Assembly: GCA_963705255.1 (NCBI GenBank)
Contig: OY970061.1
Span: forward strand, 768,001 to 832,000
Source of the DNA: an uncultured Methanoregulaceae archaeon
Lineage (GTDB): Archaea > Halobacteriota > Methanomicrobia > Methanomicrobiales > Methanospirillaceae
Reading direction: 5' to 3'
DNA length: 64,000 nucleotides
Positions 62,726 through 64,000 of this stretch are shown here, piece after piece. The notes below the pieces were generated by a model that had not been told where the DNA came from, searched no databases, and was given only the letters and a program-made list of their open reading frames with translations. The number at the start of each line of letters is the position of its first letter. Position 1 is the first letter of the stretch. The translations under genes were made by a program, and so were the position numbers.

Positions 62726-63650
62726 ATGCTAATCATGGATTGGGAGGGAACGGGGCGCGGATTGGGGAGATCGGATTTTGCAAAAATGGGAGGGGGCCGG
62801 GGTTTCTCTGCTGCAAACCTGAAGAATTTCCGGCAGTTTTACCTGGTTTTCCATAAAGGGTTCCGCGAAGGGGAAATTCCCGGAGAGGAGATCTGCTACA
62901 CAGTGTGTAGCGAATTGAGCTGGTCGCATTACCGCCACCTGATGCGGGTGGAGGACCCGGATGCCCGCGGGTACTATATCCGGGAGACCGTCAGCCAGAA
63001 CTGGACCGTCAGGACACTCGAACGCCAGATCGATTCCCTGTCCTACGAACGGCTGCTCGCGAGCCGGGCGGGGGAAACTGCCGGCCGGAAAAAGCCGGAG
63101 CGATCCAGGTCCTCCCCCCAGCAGCCGGAAGAATTTATCCGGGACCCCTACGTGCTCGAGTTTCTGGATATCCCTGCTTCAGCCGGCTTTTTCGAGCGGG
63201 ACCTTGAGCAGGCACTGATCGACAAACTCCGGCAGTTCCTCCTCGAGCTGGGAAAAGGGTTCTCCTTTGTCGGACGCCAGTACCGGATCAGCACGGAGAC
63301 CTCCGAGTTCTTCATCGATCTCGTATTTTACCACTATATCCTGAAGTGTTTCGTGCTCATTGACCTGAAGACCGGCAGGCTGACGCACCAGGACATCGGG
63401 CAGATGGACATGTATGTGCGGTTGTTCGAAGACCGGATGAAAACAGAAGGAGACGGTCCCACGATCGGGATCATCCTCTGCACGGAGAAGGACGAGACGG
63501 TTGTCCGGTATTCGGTGCTGCACGAGAGACCGCCAGCTCTTTGCATCGCGGTATAAACTCTACCTGCCGAGCGAACGGGAACTGGCCGACGAGATCGAGC
63601 GGGAGAAGGAGATTATGCGGCGGCCAGCCCTGGACCAGCCGGGGACGTGA
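62726..63650 (+). pseudogene. DUF1016/YhcG PD-(D/E)xK nuclease, N-terminally truncated, with a frameshift near 63528
   Basis: GFS..NL..FRQFY, LSWSHY, RDPY.LEFL, LLELGKGF.FV.RQ, IDLK, GQM..Y; the usual N-terminal ~60-70 aa appear to be absent. Confidence 0.8.
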
Positions 63651-63691
63651 GCGGCTGAGCGGACGGGTCTTCCGGGTCAATGCGGGATCGT

Positions 63692-63772
63692 TGGGTGGGG
63701 TCCCCTAATGCGCTGAGAGGGGTGGGGGGGTCTCCCTCTTCGCGAAACCGGAAGGGGGGGGGAGGGGTACCT
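63692..63772. repeat. G/C-run dispersed element (copy 3, sub-units in swapped order)
   Basis: gcgctgagagggg and aaccggaagggggggggaggggtacc sub-units. Confidence 0.7.
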
Positions 63773-64000
63773 ATGGTGTAAAGTGACATCGTGTCCTTTT
63801 TTTAAAATAAATCCATAGGTAAAAGATAACAAGATTGAAAAGTGGGATTAATCGTTTTAATTTTTAGACCAAACATTTCAAGATTTGATATTTTTCTTTT
63901 ATTGGGCGTTTTGTATTTTGGGAGAAATTGGGATATGATAAATATTCATCCACGAAGAAAGCATTTGGTCCAACGCCTCGTCTAATAAGTCCAACTGTTC

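Overview
Archaeal chromosomal segment from a hydrogenotrophic methanogen. Gene content and protein style suggest Methanomicrobiales, probably Methanoregula-like (inference). 1-14 kb is mostly core genes: the archaellum cluster (arlI partial, arlH, arlF, arlG, arlCDE-like), an array of one intact, one disrupted and two decayed archaellin copies, then aIF5A, IMPase/FBPase, NAD kinase, ACT-hom and a pilin. 14-64 kb mixes housekeeping genes (tRNA-Leu, Kup, TraB, PAN/MBF1, ClpB) with accessory genes: paralogous PAS histidine kinases, hydrolases, methyltransferases, toxin-antitoxin modules, a caspase-fold protein and a DUF1016 nuclease. Three things stand out. (1) A family of intergenic mosaic hairpin arrays with covarying stems, tandem G.A mismatches and C-GNA-G triloops, resembling REP/BIME elements and probably acting as ssDNA structures. 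(2) An HTH/Cys-motif regulator operon with two diversified membrane proteins and a secreted protein; the promoters of the operon and of the secreted-protein gene share a 22-bp palindromic operator. (3) The graded archaellin copy array. About a dozen single-base frameshifts, some in conserved genes, suggest indel-prone (long-read/MAG) sequence, so pseudogene calls resting on one indel are unreliable. All family assignments come from motif recognition, not database searches.
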